This document shows positions 30,518 to 40,288 of a stretch of DNA of 64,000 nucleotides, piece by piece. Position numbers and translations under genes: made by a program. Positions within the stretch are counted from its first letter, which is position 1. Every line of letters begins with the position of its first letter. Origin of the DNA: a virus; IMG/VR virus record IMGVR_UViG_3300020430_000008, positions 77,218-141,217 of that record; one strand, given 5' to 3'. The notes under the pieces are model-generated. The model did no database searches. It saw nothing but the letters and a program-made list of their open reading frames with translations, and had not been told where the DNA came from.

Positions 30518-31876
30518 TTATAAAATCTTTGCTGCTAATGTTGCAACTTTTGATCTCTCGCCCTTGGTCAACGTAATGTGACCAGCGATTGAGTGAGACT
30601 TAAACTTCTCAACAGCATATGCTAAGCCGTTTGTTGTCTCGTCAATATGCATATTGTCAATCTGTTCAATATCACCAGTCAATACAACCTTTGAATTCTC
30701 ACCAACACGGGTAATAATCGTCTTCAATTCGTGTACTGACAAATTCTGGGCTTCGTCAATAATTATAAAGGCGTTGGAAATTGAGCGTCCGCGAATGTAA
30801 GTAATCGCCTCGACCTCAATCTTGCCTTGCTCCATGTACTGCTCAAGCATCAGCTTGTCATTGCCCATAAGAAACTGTAGATTGTCCTGAATGGGCGCAA
30901 GCCATGGTAACATCTTTTCTTCCATTGTACCGGGCAGGAACCCAATGTCCTTACCCAGTGGCTGTACGGGTCTTGACACAATAAGCTTCTTATATGGGTT
31001 GTTCCGTTTACCGCCGCCTTGGTCATACATGCCGATAGTCTGCTCAATACCGGCTGCAATGGCGCACAGCGTCTTTCCAGAGCCAGCCTTGCCCACCAGC
31101 GTGATGATGGGGATGTCGGGGTTCATAAGCATGTCCAGAGCGAATGCTTGCTCCTTGTTGCGTGCGTTCACGTTCCAGACACCGTTCTTGTAACGAACAA
31201 CAGACTTAAGTGGAGATTGTTCATTAACGTATTTGCACAAAGCGGTCTTCTTGTCGTTTGTGGAAGACACAAGCATAATGTACTGGTTGGCATTAAAGTT
31301 GACTGCCTTCTCTTCTTGGTCTAAAAAGATTTCTTCACCTTCGTAGAAGCGATCAACAATCTCTTCATCAACCAAGTGCTCAACAAAACCAGTATACAGC
31401 TTCTCCCGATCCTCAACCACGTCGTTGACAACTTTATAATCAGAGCAGCGCAGACCAACCGAGTCGCTTATGACTCTCATGTTGATGTCGTTTGAAACGA
31501 GCGTGACTTGCGCCTTCTCATTGTTCTGTTGCTCTGCGAGCGCGCAGGCAATAATAATATGATCAGGAATGGTGGGGTCAAGGTCTTGAGGCAAAATGCC
31601 TAGATTAGACGACGAATAGCCACGCACATACAGCATGCCCTTGCCGCGTCCCAGACGGGCTCCTTTAAGCAGACTCTTTTTCTCGCGCAAACTGTCAAGC
31701 ATGCGAATGACACGGCGGGCATTAGAGCCGACTGTATCTTGTCGCTTCTTGTGTTTGTCGATCTCTTCAAGCACCTTGAGGGGCAAAACGATATCATTGT
31801 TGCCAAATGCGTGAAGCGAGCTAGCGTCCGTTAAAAGGACGCTTGTATCTAAAACTTTGATTTTCTTAATAGCCAT
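30518..31876 (-). CDS. phoH: PIN-PhoH family ATPase/RNase (PhoH2/YlaK-like)
   Basis: VLDTSVL (PIN), GKAGSGKT, GFLPG, YIRGRS, IIDEAQN, GD..QID. Confidence 0.93.
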   Translation of the reverse strand: MAIKKIKVLDTSVLLTDASSLHAFGNNDIVLPLKVLEEIDKHKKRQDTVGSNARRVIRMLDSLREKKSLLKGARLGRGKGMLYVRGYSSSNLGILPQDLDPTIPDHIIIACALAEQQNNEKAQVTLVSNDINMRVISDSVGLRCSDYKVVNDVVEDREKLYTGFVEHLVDEEIVDRFYEGEEIFLDQEEKAVNFNANQYIMLVSSTNDKKTALCKYVNEQSPLKSVVRYKNGVWNVNARNKEQAFALDMLMNPDIPIITLVGKAGSGKTLCAIAAGIEQTIGMYDQGGGKRNNPYKKLIVSRPVQPLGKDIGFLPGTMEEKMLPWLAPIQDNLQFLMGNDKLMLEQYMEQGKIEVEAITYIRGRSISNAFIIIDEAQNLSVHELKTIITRVGENSKVVLTGDIEQIDNMHIDETTNGLAYAVEKFKSHSIAGHITLTKGERSKVATLAAKIL

Positions 31877-31911
31877 GGTGACTCTACTATAAATATCTCT
31901 TTGTAATGTTT

Positions 31912-32151
31912 TTAACTCAACAACACGACCAAAGCAGCATAAAGTCTCATAAAAATTGTTGGGCGCTGGTACAGTATTCCTTTGGATGCTCGCTTACGGG
32001 CTTTTTTAAGCTCCAGTGGTGTGAGCGCTAGGTTTTCAATCTTGCCATCTTCGTTGACAACCGTAACCCTATAATATTCAACTTTCTTTCTACCTACATA
32101 CCGCCTTAATGCCTTGTGAGGCAAAAACTCTAATTTTCCTATAAACTTCAT
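31912..32151 (-). CDS. Hypothetical basic protein
   Basis: GGAGG RBS and upstream AACTATTTAC motif. Confidence 0.6.
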   Translation of the reverse strand: MKFIGKLEFLPHKALRRYVGRKKVEYYRVTVVNEDGKIENLALTPLELKKARKRASKGILYQRPTIFMRLYAALVVLLS

Positions 32152-32193
32152 CCATAACGCCCTCCCTTGCGGTTACAAATGCACAGTAAATAG

Positions 32194-32385
32194 TTATGAG
32201 ATCTTTACTAAGAGATGTTTTTGATACCATCGCATCCACTTTGGAGAGTATTGAGCAGGTGATGCCCATATGACTCGCGCCGTTCCGCGCTCATCGTCAA
32301 CCATCTCAATCAAGCCGACACATACAATACCTCTTTGAACATCATGAACATGCCTAACAGCATCCCCCACCTTCAATATGATCAT
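32194..32385 (-). CDS. Small SH3/KOW-like protein
   Basis: LKVGDAVRH...VGLI...ARVIW. Confidence 0.5.
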   Translation of the reverse strand: MIILKVGDAVRHVHDVQRGIVCVGLIEMVDDERGTARVIWASPAQYSPKWMRWYQKHLLVKIS

Positions 32386-32674
32386 GTTTTCCTTTTCCAC
32401 TTATTCTAATCCATGCTCCCCACATGATGGGTACTGCAAGCCAGTGGAGACAGAGAATCCAAGCGGCAGGTGCGCCGGCATAGAACGCGGGATGAACATA
32501 GTTTCCAAGAGCAATGAATAGAATAGGGAACAGTACATCTTCGATTATCTCCCACACGACTATAATAATAACTAGAGCCATGCCGTGCTCTTTGAGAGTT
32601 TGCTTTAGAGAATCCCATTTGAAATGTCCTAGCTTGTGTGACAGGCGTTCTTTCAACCATTTAAAAAACTTCAC
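32354..32674 (-). CDS. Membrane protein
   Basis: Two or three hydrophobic segments. Confidence 0.6.
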   Translation of the reverse strand: MKFFKWLKERLSHKLGHFKWDSLKQTLKEHGMALVIIIVVWEIIEDVLFPILFIALGNYVHPAFYAGAPAAWILCLHWLAVPIMWGAWIRISGKGKHDHIEGGGCC

Positions 32675-33156
32675 TGTGTTAAGTCATCCAATATTTGTAT
32701 GTATGTGTCTTCGACGCCAGCAACATAGCCAGTATGTGTGTGGACAATTCTCATCTCACGATCAATAATCAAAGTAAAAGGGATTGCTTTGGACGGGTTG
32801 TACTGCGAAACAACTGATGTCTCTGTGTCAAACAGTGCTGTGAACTGGTATTTGCGCGATTTGATATATGCCTTGGCTTTTGACACTTCTCTTGCCGCGT
32901 CAATACTAATCACAACAACGTCAACACCTTTATCTTCGTACTTCTTGTCGATAGCGTTTAAATGCGGTAACTCAACCAAACAAGGGCGGCACCATGTAGC
33001 CCAAAAGTTCATAACAATAATCTCGCCTTTATGTTCATGCAAATCATATGCATCACCAACAAGATCGCGCAAAGAAAAATCCGGCGCTTGCGGATTAGTA
33101 GCGAATGACGATGTGCTGGTTAGCGATAAAATGGCGGCTAATAAAAACTTCTTCAT
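32671..33156 (-). CDS. TlpA/ResA-like thioredoxin with signal peptide
   Basis: MKKFLLAA signal, APDFSL, NFWATWCRPC, IP. Confidence 0.9.
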   Translation of the reverse strand: MKKFLLAAILSLTSTSSFATNPQAPDFSLRDLVGDAYDLHEHKGEIIVMNFWATWCRPCLVELPHLNAIDKKYEDKGVDVVVISIDAAREVSKAKAYIKSRKYQFTALFDTETSVVSQYNPSKAIPFTLIIDREMRIVHTHTGYVAGVEDTYIQILDDLTQ

Positions 33157-33422
33157 GTTTTCTCCTTGCTTATTATACAATCATCGAACACAAATGTCAA
33201 ATCACCAACGTTAATCGGTATCTGGCACTTTCTCAAAGCGGCGGCTTCGTTTTCATACAAAACCTCGGCATGCCATCCAGCGTATCCGTCCCAGTTTTCA
33301 CTCTTTGGCACTTGAATGCGATTAGTGAGTTTAACGTGAGTGTGTGGTATACCAGAGCCAGCAGGAGATTGAACCAAAACAACATCGCCTTGCTTGTATT
33401 TCAATTTCCTATCTCCTGCCAT
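33153..33422 (-). CDS. Small SH3/KOW-like protein
   Basis: YKQGDVVLV. Confidence 0.5.
   Translation of the reverse strand: MAGDRKLKYKQGDVVLVQSPAGSGIPHTHVKLTNRIQVPKSENWDGYAGWHAEVLYENEAAALRKCQIPINVGDLTFVFDDCIISKEKT
33172..33200 (-). promoter_or_regulatory. Sigma70-type promoter for the TlpA-like gene
   Basis: TTGACA-17 nt-TATAAT. Confidence 0.8.
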
Positions 33423-34270
33423 GCGTCGTTTCCGTCAGAAATAAACGTCTTGAAGCTAGCTGGTGCCGGTAGAGCTACTGATGCGTCAATACCGTTGATC
33501 GTATCAGAGCCAGCGCGGGCAATAGTGATTGTATTGACATCAGCATAGCCTGCCGCATCTTTGACTGTAACAACCATACCGGGATTGTCGCTGGCATCAG
33601 GCAGAGTAAGCGTGATAGCGCTGTTAATACCACCCTGATTAGTTGGACGGGTATTTACAAGGATGACACATTCTGTGTCGGTAATTGTGTATGTCGTTCC
33701 GGGGTCATTTGATGCGCCAATGTTGGTAACCCTTAATGCCATTGACCCGCCAACAGTCAAAGTTGACTTTGGGGCAGAATGGTTAACTCCAACGTTATTA
33801 TTTCCACCGTCCACAAACAACATATGTGTGTTGCTATCGGATTCAACACGGAAATCAACAAGCGAGTCGGATTGTTCATTGACAACAACTTCCGGCACCA
33901 TACCATTTAGACGAATACCCTCTCTCACAGCCCCAGCATCGTTAATCTTTAAAACAATGTGCTTATTTGTCTGCTGCTGTTGAATTACAAGATTGTCGGA
34001 ATCATTAATGAAAACCTTGGCTCTGTCAGCACCACCCTCAGTGAATTGTACGCACGGCTCAGTTGATTCAATAGTAATCATTTCCGATGGCGTAGACGTG
34101 CCAAAACCGACACGACCAGAACTATCAATGATTACCCTTTCTGTACCGCCGGTTTGGATTCTAACACTGTCGTCATCACTGTTAAGCTCAACCATAACTT
34201 TGGTATCACCGTCTGCGTCCTGCAGTGTATCTTCGTTGACCTGATCTGGGTTAAGTTTGCTGCGTGACAT
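33401..34270 (-). CDS. Tail fibre / virion structural protein
   Basis: DADGDTK, GTERVIIDSSGRVGFGTSTP, DFRVES, ITLTLPDAS...VTVKD, motifs typical of phage fibres. Confidence 0.7.
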   Translation of the reverse strand: MSRSKLNPDQVNEDTLQDADGDTKVMVELNSDDDSVRIQTGGTERVIIDSSGRVGFGTSTPSEMITIESTEPCVQFTEGGADRAKVFINDSDNLVIQQQQTNKHIVLKINDAGAVREGIRLNGMVPEVVVNEQSDSLVDFRVESDSNTHMLFVDGGNNNVGVNHSAPKSTLTVGGSMALRVTNIGASNDPGTTYTITDTECVILVNTRPTNQGGINSAITLTLPDASDNPGMVVTVKDAAGYADVNTITIARAGSDTINGIDASVALPAPASFKTFISDGNDAWQEIGN

Positions 34271-34452
34271 TATTTCTTAATCCTATAAGAGTCCGAATCT
34301 TCTGCGTGCAGAAGCAAATCTTTGGTGCCAGTCCAGCGTGATTGTTCAACAAAAATCTTCATTGCCTCGTCCTTGCTATTAGCCAAGATTGCCCCCAAAT
34401 CACGGTACTTCTTAGTTCTTCTATTATACTCTTGAATGATAAAGTTCTTCAT
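34270..34452 (-). CDS. Hypothetical protein
   Basis: 60-aa ORF with a GAGG RBS. Confidence 0.55.
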   Translation of the reverse strand: MKNFIIQEYNRRTKKYRDLGAILANSKDEAMKIFVEQSRWTGTKDLLLHAEDSDSYRIKK

Positions 34453-34473
34453 TTTTTGTTACCTCGTTATCGA

Positions 34474-34570
34474 TGGCTGGAGGGGTAGGAGTCGAACCTA
34501 CAAGATGCGCTTTCGCGTACTCACCGCCCGAGAAACAGTCGGGTGCGTCTGCCAATTTCGCCACCCCCCA
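34474..34570 (-). tRNA. Atypical tRNA, anticodon GUU (Asn), long variable arm, encoded CCA
   Basis: Acceptor UGGGGGG/CCCUCCA, G73, CCA; D arm GCG..CGC; anticodon stem CCCGA/UCGGG with loop CUGUUUC; 25-nt variable region; T arm GUAGG-UUCGACU-CCUAC. Confidence 0.85.
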
Positions 34571-34575
34571 AAATA

Positions 34576-35070
34576 CTATTTTTCGCTGTGTCTGATTTTG
34601 CCGTATCCAGACATTGCCTCTTCGTCGGGTTGACCGGGCTTTGTCTTGGACCGCTCGGCGCGATTAACCAACTCGCTGCTGCTTTCGATCTTGCCGCCAC
34701 CAACATTCCAAATCATTTCAATGCCAAGTTCCTTGCACACCGCAACCTCTGGTACGTTATCGCCCTTCCGGTCGCCGCCGTTGGCAAAGTATGTAGGCTT
34801 AATGCGCCGTAGAGCCTCACAGACTGTCTCGTCGGTATCATCTACCCACTCTACCTTCACAACGCCCTTAAGCGCCTCCAGAATCTCTTTACGCTGGTCC
34901 CACGTCATAAACACAAAGCCCTTCTTTCGATACAACCATGAGTCACTGTTGGCAACAACGATAACGTCGCCGTATTCAGCCGCCGCCAAGATAAGGCGAA
35001 CGTGTCCGATGTGAACAGGGTCAAATCCTCCAGAAACAACTACGGTGTCGTATGGTGATTTTGCTGTCAT
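34576..35070 (-). CDS. Cytidylyltransferase-like protein (TagD/RfaE family)
   Basis: SGGFDPVHIGH, NSD, FANGGDR, SSS; start refined to MTAKS. Confidence 0.88.
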   Translation of the reverse strand: MTAKSPYDTVVVSGGFDPVHIGHVRLILAAAEYGDVIVVANSDSWLYRKKGFVFMTWDQRKEILEALKGVVKVEWVDDTDETVCEALRRIKPTYFANGGDRKGDNVPEVAVCKELGIEMIWNVGGGKIESSSELVNRAERSKTKPGQPDEEAMSGYGKIRHSEK

Positions 35071-35086
35071 TTTTTTTCTCCTATAG

Positions 35087-35163
35087 TGGCACACCCGATA
35101 GGACTCGAACCTATGACCCACAGCTTAGAAGGCTGTTGCTCTATCCAACTGAGCTACGGGTGC
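35087..35163 (-). tRNA. tRNA-Arg (UCU)
   Basis: Canonical cloverleaf GCACCCG...ACAGC-CUUCUAA-GCUGU...GGUUCGAGUCC...GCCA. Confidence 0.97.
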
Positions 35164-35415
35164 CTATTCAGCGCCGTAAACATCTTTAGCCTTTTTGTAG
35201 TAGGCTTTAGCAACGGCATAGTTATAATCAGGGTCTATCTCGTCCATCACTCTTACAATTTGCAGAATGAATCTTTTAGTTTTTTCGTATTCTTTGTCGT
35301 CATGTATGACTTGCTCAACAATATCAAACATCTCTTGCGCTGACTTTTCAACGTCTTCGTAAGAAAGCAAACGAGCGGCATAGGAGCGCGCTAATGATTC
35401 GGTGTCGTCCATCAC
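35164..35415 (-). CDS. Hypothetical protein
   Basis: 83-aa helical ORF; its stop abuts tRNA-Arg. Confidence 0.6.
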   Translation of the reverse strand: MMDDTESLARSYAARLLSYEDVEKSAQEMFDIVEQVIHDDKEYEKTKRFILQIVRVMDEIDPDYNYAVAKAYYKKAKDVYGAE

Positions 35416-35437
35416 ACATAATTAGAATATAACACGA

Positions 35438-36124
35438 TTATTCATCTTCGTCAAGCACTATTTTGTGAGACTTTAATCTTACAACACCATCAGTAATTTG
35501 TGCGTAAGTTGTGTGGTCCACCCAATCGCCTGTATTAACGTACGTTTTAATCTCTTCGTTCTGATCAACCCAGATAACCACCTCGGGGCGGTGTGAATGA
35601 CCCATGATTGTCACGTCAACGTCGTTATTGAAATCGATTATATCCCATAACCTTATTAGTTTGCGTTTTGCGAGCGCTCGATTAGCCCACCATGTTGCCA
35701 AGTCAACATCAAATGTGCGTTCCAGCCAGTCTTGACAAATTGAGACAATCTTTAATAATAGTCCCTCAGACCATTTCGCCCAAAAACCACTCTCATACCT
35801 ATCACCATGCTCAATGCGGAATGACCTTCCGTTGTCTTCAAACTCATACATTTCCATGAAGTTGATGTGATTGAATGACTTGCCGGCAAACGCATCAAAG
35901 CTGTAATCGTGGTTTCCAATAATATAAACGACTCTAGAAAACGAGGTAATCTTTTTTAGTATCTCTAATGATTGCTGAGAGAATATTGGAATTTTAACAA
36001 AGTCAACAATGTCGCCTGCTAAGATAAGTTCGTCGCACTCTAATCCATTGAGGAAATTTAACAGTTCCTCTTCTTTGCAATATGCACTTCCAAGATGTAG
36101 ATCAGAGATTATTACTCGCTTCAC
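35438..36124 (-). CDS. Calcineurin-like metallophosphoesterase (LpxH-like)
   Basis: ISDLHLG, GDIVD, GNHD, HGD, GHSH, NTGDW. Confidence 0.88.
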   Translation of the reverse strand: MKRVIISDLHLGSAYCKEEELLNFLNGLECDELILAGDIVDFVKIPIFSQQSLEILKKITSFSRVVYIIGNHDYSFDAFAGKSFNHINFMEMYEFEDNGRSFRIEHGDRYESGFWAKWSEGLLLKIVSICQDWLERTFDVDLATWWANRALAKRKLIRLWDIIDFNNDVDVTIMGHSHRPEVVIWVDQNEEIKTYVNTGDWVDHTTYAQITDGVVRLKSHKIVLDEDE

Positions 36125-36125
36125 T

Positions 36126-36548
36126 TTAATCGTCGTTATTCAATGCTGCTTTCACAGCTTTTACAAATTTAGCTCCTATGTTATAACTATCAATCTCATC
36201 AATAGTTACCCATTCATATTCGGTATGCTCTTCACTAAGTTTTATTGTACCACTATATGACCGAGTTTTGTAAAATTTCTTTCGACCATCGTGCAATATC
36301 ATTTCGGGACTTGTAATGTCAAGATCAGTCTCTTCCTTAACCTCACGTTTGAGCCCGTCGATGTCATCTTCGCCTTCATGAATATGTCCACCCGGCAAGT
36401 CCCATTCACCTGCGTGTTTCTCGTTTAAATCTGAACTCTTAAGGATGAGAGCTTTGTCTTCATCATTAATAAGCACGGCTTTTCTGACTTGTTCAGTGTC
36501 CATATCCTCTAGTAAGTAGTGTCGCCAATTTTCAAAAAGTTGTTTCAT
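36126..36548 (-). CDS. Nudix hydrolase with ENWR-type leader
   Basis: WDLPGG...E...GLKREVKEET Nudix box. Confidence 0.9.
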   Translation of the reverse strand: MKQLFENWRHYLLEDMDTEQVRKAVLINDEDKALILKSSDLNEKHAGEWDLPGGHIHEGEDDIDGLKREVKEETDLDITSPEMILHDGRKKFYKTRSYSGTIKLSEEHTEYEWVTIDEIDSYNIGAKFVKAVKAALNNDD

Positions 36549-37786
36549 TGTGTAAACAGCCCCACGTCTACCATAACTAGTTGTCCGCTGTCAGGACGCA
36601 TCATGACATTGCCTGTGTGCATATCTCTTGGTGAGAAGTTCTTCCCATGCAGATACTCCATCGCGTTCAGCAAGCCTTCTGCTTCGGAAAACGTTTCTTT
36701 CGTATACTTGTCTGCGCCCCCCAACTGAGCCTCGGGACCGTACTTATATGTCATAGGCACAACTTGTTTTTTTAAGTGGTAAAACAGCCTTTCGTCAAGC
36801 TCTTTTGATGTTGTTTCCATGACTGCTTGGCGGCGGGTTGCAAAATACTCTTTCATCCTAGGGTCTTTCTGTTTATCAAGCTCATATTTTTTTACAAAAT
36901 CAGGAAGCATCTTGTCAACTTTATCAAAAAAGATGTTTAATAATCTTGGTCCGTGAGGTTTGAACGATGGGGCGTGGTAGCGGCTCAACCTTCCATAGTC
37001 AACATACATGTTTTCTCTTGGATTCTCACCCGCAAAATAAGCGCCAGCAACTTGTTTGATCAACGTGTCAAGATGCCACTTGGACCATCTGTCAACAGCA
37101 GCGGTCATGTGCGGAGAAATCGATTTAGCCATGTTCGTAATCAACTCATTCATTGCACCTTCATTGGCAAATATACGTTTGATCTTGTTTGTTGGAATCT
37201 CTTCATCAGGATCATCCAAAAACAAAGTGCCCAAAACCTCTTTCGGTGCGGGCGTCAACAACTCCATAAGAATAACCAAAGCACCTTCTGCCATTTGATA
37301 CGGCTGCTCGTTTCTGTCAACAATATCTTTACCGGGCACACGATAAACAGCATACACGTTAACTAAGTGCTGTTTTACTTCATCTGGTAAGCTGGCTCTA
37401 TTCTCAAGAATCCACCTATAGTTCTTTTCTTCATTGTCTACCTGTTGACCGCCCAAAAGCACAGACACAACCTTGACAGCTAATCTGCGTCCGGTATTGC
37501 TGCCTTCTATTTCCCAGATTTTGCCGTATTGACCTTCATCAATAAAACGATTCACATAATAGCCATGCTCTTCAAGCATCTTTTCCAATCTACGAGGCAT
37601 GACGCGCTTGGGTTTTGCAGGTTTGGGTGCTGTTGCGGTTTCAGCGCCCATGCCTAAGTCTTTCATCGCTTGCTTAAGCCTATCTTCGGCTTTGCCTTGT
37701 TTCAACTTATTCAATAAGTCGTTCATTTCCGAGTCGGCAGTTTCGCCCTCAGTGAAACGTCTAAAATTTTCAAATAGATTCTTCAC
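36545..37786 (-). CDS. Ser/Thr protein-kinase-like protein with ENWR-type leader
   Basis: EGQYGKIW, AVKV, E, ILMELL, RDMHTGNVM, DVG; large insert between the lobes. Confidence 0.8.
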   Translation of the reverse strand: MKNLFENFRRFTEGETADSEMNDLLNKLKQGKAEDRLKQAMKDLGMGAETATAPKPAKPKRVMPRRLEKMLEEHGYYVNRFIDEGQYGKIWEIEGSNTGRRLAVKVVSVLLGGQQVDNEEKNYRWILENRASLPDEVKQHLVNVYAVYRVPGKDIVDRNEQPYQMAEGALVILMELLTPAPKEVLGTLFLDDPDEEIPTNKIKRIFANEGAMNELITNMAKSISPHMTAAVDRWSKWHLDTLIKQVAGAYFAGENPRENMYVDYGRLSRYHAPSFKPHGPRLLNIFFDKVDKMLPDFVKKYELDKQKDPRMKEYFATRRQAVMETTSKELDERLFYHLKKQVVPMTYKYGPEAQLGGADKYTKETFSEAEGLLNAMEYLHGKNFSPRDMHTGNVMMRPDSGQLVMVDVGLFTQ

Positions 37787-37997
37787 CCTCTTCCTCTTCT
37801 CCTGCTTCTGGCAGGTCATCTAAGTCATCTTCGTCAAGTTCTGGCAAGTCATAACGGTTGCTTCGATGTTCTAAGGGTTTATCATCTGATGTGCGCCACT
37901 TTTGCTCTGGCTCTACATGCTTCTTACACGATACCAATATGGATACCACAACTGCAGCCAAGAAAATATAATACAGTTGTCTAGTCGTTAACTTCAT
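37770..37997 (-). CDS. Small lipoprotein
   Basis: Signal ending LVSC; acidic tail. Confidence 0.6.
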   Translation of the reverse strand: MKLTTRQLYYIFLAAVVVSILVSCKKHVEPEQKWRTSDDKPLEHRSNRYDLPELDEDDLDDLPEAGEEEEGEESI

Positions 37998-38571
37998 TTT
38001 TCACTCCTGTCGATCTTAAACCGCCGTCAGACCATGCTCTGTGCATGATATGTCCGATTGAATTCATGTCCATCCAACCAAGGGCGTGACCTATTTCATG
38101 TTCTAGTATTCTTTCTGAGTCACCCCAAGCAGGAATGATCTCAATGCGGGCTTTGAAGATTTCGTTTGTTGCTGTCCATCTCCATGTGCGAGTCTGACCA
38201 AGATGAGTGCCGAACTTAAAATCTTGACTTGGAATGTCAATAGTTATTGAGCCGCCGACTGCATCACCTGTCATACACTTTTCATTACCTTGTTCTAATG
38301 TGGAGATAGGACCAAATGTATATCCTAATCTTTCCCAATACCTGACAGCATTCCTGACTCTATGTTCTGTAACAGGTCCATCATGACAAATAAAAACGTA
38401 TGGGCGTTGAATCCACTTTCCTTCGCGAATCGCTACATTTCCTTTAATGGGTATAACAGGGTGAATCCATATTTCTCTGTCTGGAATATCGTCAACAGTC
38501 AGACGAACAGCATCAGTGTGATGATCATGCACGCCACACAATAACATTGCTGAGAGCAATAAGGTTTTCAT
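37981..38571 (-). CDS. Secreted metzincin (matrixin-like) protease
   Basis: HEIGHALGWMD and Met-turn HIM. Confidence 0.8.
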   Translation of the reverse strand: MKTLLLSAMLLCGVHDHHTDAVRLTVDDIPDREIWIHPVIPIKGNVAIREGKWIQRPYVFICHDGPVTEHRVRNAVRYWERLGYTFGPISTLEQGNEKCMTGDAVGGSITIDIPSQDFKFGTHLGQTRTWRWTATNEIFKARIEIIPAWGDSERILEHEIGHALGWMDMNSIGHIMHRAWSDGGLRSTGVKNEVND

Positions 38572-38708
38572 TCATATTACCTCCACTATTATCAATAAAT
38601 AGTTAGCATGTTTCAGTTTCGCACTGTTCAGATTCTTTAGTTTTAGCATCTTTATCCAGTGTAACTGTAAATGCGACCAAACTTATGCAAGCAAACAAGA
38701 TAACCATA

Positions 38709-38978
38709 TCAATTGTCGTCTTCAAACTCTGGCACAAGTTTCAAACGTGGAGGCGGTAAAGGCTCTTTCATTCTTTCAGCCAATTCTTCTGCAGTGATAA
38801 ACTTTAATGTAATCACTGAGCTTTCTCTGTCGTAATGTAAACCTACAGCTTCTGTCATGTTAACTGCCAAGACATCATCTTCTGACAGTACAATCTCGCC
38901 ACCATCACGTTTCATGATTGCAGCTAATATTGTAAATAAAAAGTCAGGGTCTTTTAATATATTGTCGTAGTCGCTCAT
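38709..38978 (-). CDS. Hypothetical protein
   Basis: ATGA-coupled ORF, MSDYDN... Confidence 0.6.
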   Translation of the reverse strand: MSDYDNILKDPDFLFTILAAIMKRDGGEIVLSEDDVLAVNMTEAVGLHYDRESSVITLKFITAEELAERMKEPLPPPRLKLVPEFEDDN

Positions 38979-39562
38979 AACAACCCTTCGACCCATCCCT
39001 GTACGACGGATTCACTCCAGCCATTAAGACCATATCGCAATACCATTGACCGGTCAATAACAACAATCGTTGGCCAACTTGTGATAGGATAACCATCTTC
39101 AAGTGGGTCAGTTGTATCAATCAAATCTCGGGAACCAGCGAGGACCATTGCTTCGGTTGAGTGCATAGTTGCCCATGTCTGTAAGTCTGACACGTCAATA
39201 GGACCGCCAGCGCTATCTTCAATCAACACAGTAATCCAAATAAAATCATCAGAACCGTATTGTGCATTCCACTGATCAGCAATAGGTGCAATCATATTAC
39301 AAGGTCCACACCACATAACAGAAAAGTCTAAAACAATAACCTTTCCATGGTTTTGATACAACTCTTGTTCAATACCGTTCTGATCTGTCAAAGTCAAGTT
39401 ACATGGATTATCGCCAATATTATGAGCGCACGTTTCCCAAGTTGCCCATGGATATGGATCTTCTGGGATGTCAACAGCCGACGAATCAGTTGTTGCCTCC
39501 AATTCTGCGGGTCCGCAAGCGCCGCATGCAATCGCAAAAATGAGCGGTATAAATTTCAACAT
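38975..39562 (-). CDS. TlpA/redoxin-like lipoprotein
   Basis: Lipobox-like ACGAC, LDFSVMWCGPC, SWPT. Confidence 0.85.
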   Translation of the reverse strand: MLKFIPLIFAIACGACGPAELEATTDSSAVDIPEDPYPWATWETCAHNIGDNPCNLTLTDQNGIEQELYQNHGKVIVLDFSVMWCGPCNMIAPIADQWNAQYGSDDFIWITVLIEDSAGGPIDVSDLQTWATMHSTEAMVLAGSRDLIDTTDPLEDGYPITSWPTIVVIDRSMVLRYGLNGWSESVVQGWVEGLL

Positions 39563-39577
39563 ACATATGTCCTCCCT

Positions 39578-40288
39578 TTATCTGGGTGTACCCAGCATTA
39601 TCTTCATTTCATTTTCATTTCCAGAAATCGTTCTTGTGTACCATCCATCCACGCCGGGGTACTTACCCTCTGGGTGTGGTCCTAACCACTTGATGGGTTT
39701 ACTAGGTCCGAGCACTCTCTGGACAACCTCTGGGTCGTTCACATGTGGCACGTCGTGATATTTCAACATGACATGTGCAATACCTTTTGACATTTCAGCA
39801 TAAGTGCCGGGAGTTAGCAACATGTCTGCTGTCTTTTTCTTGTAAGCGTCAATAGCGGGACGAGAACCATCGTGTCCAGAAGCGGACAGTTTTAGACCGG
39901 AAGGTTTGCTTTTTGCAATGCGGACAGCATCTGGTTCTGGGTCGTCGTCGAGGTCAACTGCTGACCAATAATCTGCATCACCGGGAATGTCTGCGGCAGT
40001 TTTAAAATCAAAGTTACCGCCAATGTTTTTATATGCATTATTAATGAGTGCAATCAACTCATCTGTAATGTCAACATTGTCAGGGTCATTTTTTAAATCA
40101 CTTGCAGGAATCTCTTCCCACTTGCCCTTGTCATGTCCATAGTCAGCCCAGACTTCTTCTTCGAGTCCCATAGCTTTTCTGGCTTTCTTACTTCTTTTTT
40201 TGTTATCCTTCTCGACCTCATCATCATACTTGTCGCGTACTTCTGCCTCATTCAAGTACTTGCGCCAATTTTCCATGATGAGCTTCAT
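39578..40288 (-). CDS. Hypothetical protein with ENWR-type leader
   Basis: Start refined to MKLIMENWRKYLNE. Confidence 0.7.
   Translation of the reverse strand: MKLIMENWRKYLNEAEVRDKYDDEVEKDNKKRSKKARKAMGLEEEVWADYGHDKGKWEEIPASDLKNDPDNVDITDELIALINNAYKNIGGNFDFKTAADIPGDADYWSAVDLDDDPEPDAVRIAKSKPSGLKLSASGHDGSRPAIDAYKKKTADMLLTPGTYAEMSKGIAHVMLKYHDVPHVNDPEVVQRVLGPSKPIKWLGPHPEGKYPGVDGWYTRTISGNENEMKIMLGTPR

Noticed and set aside
34474-34570. tRNA-Sec or intron-containing tRNA
   Set aside because: Anticodon is GUU, not UCA; the fold is 7/5 with a Leu-like D arm; the extra bases form a variable arm
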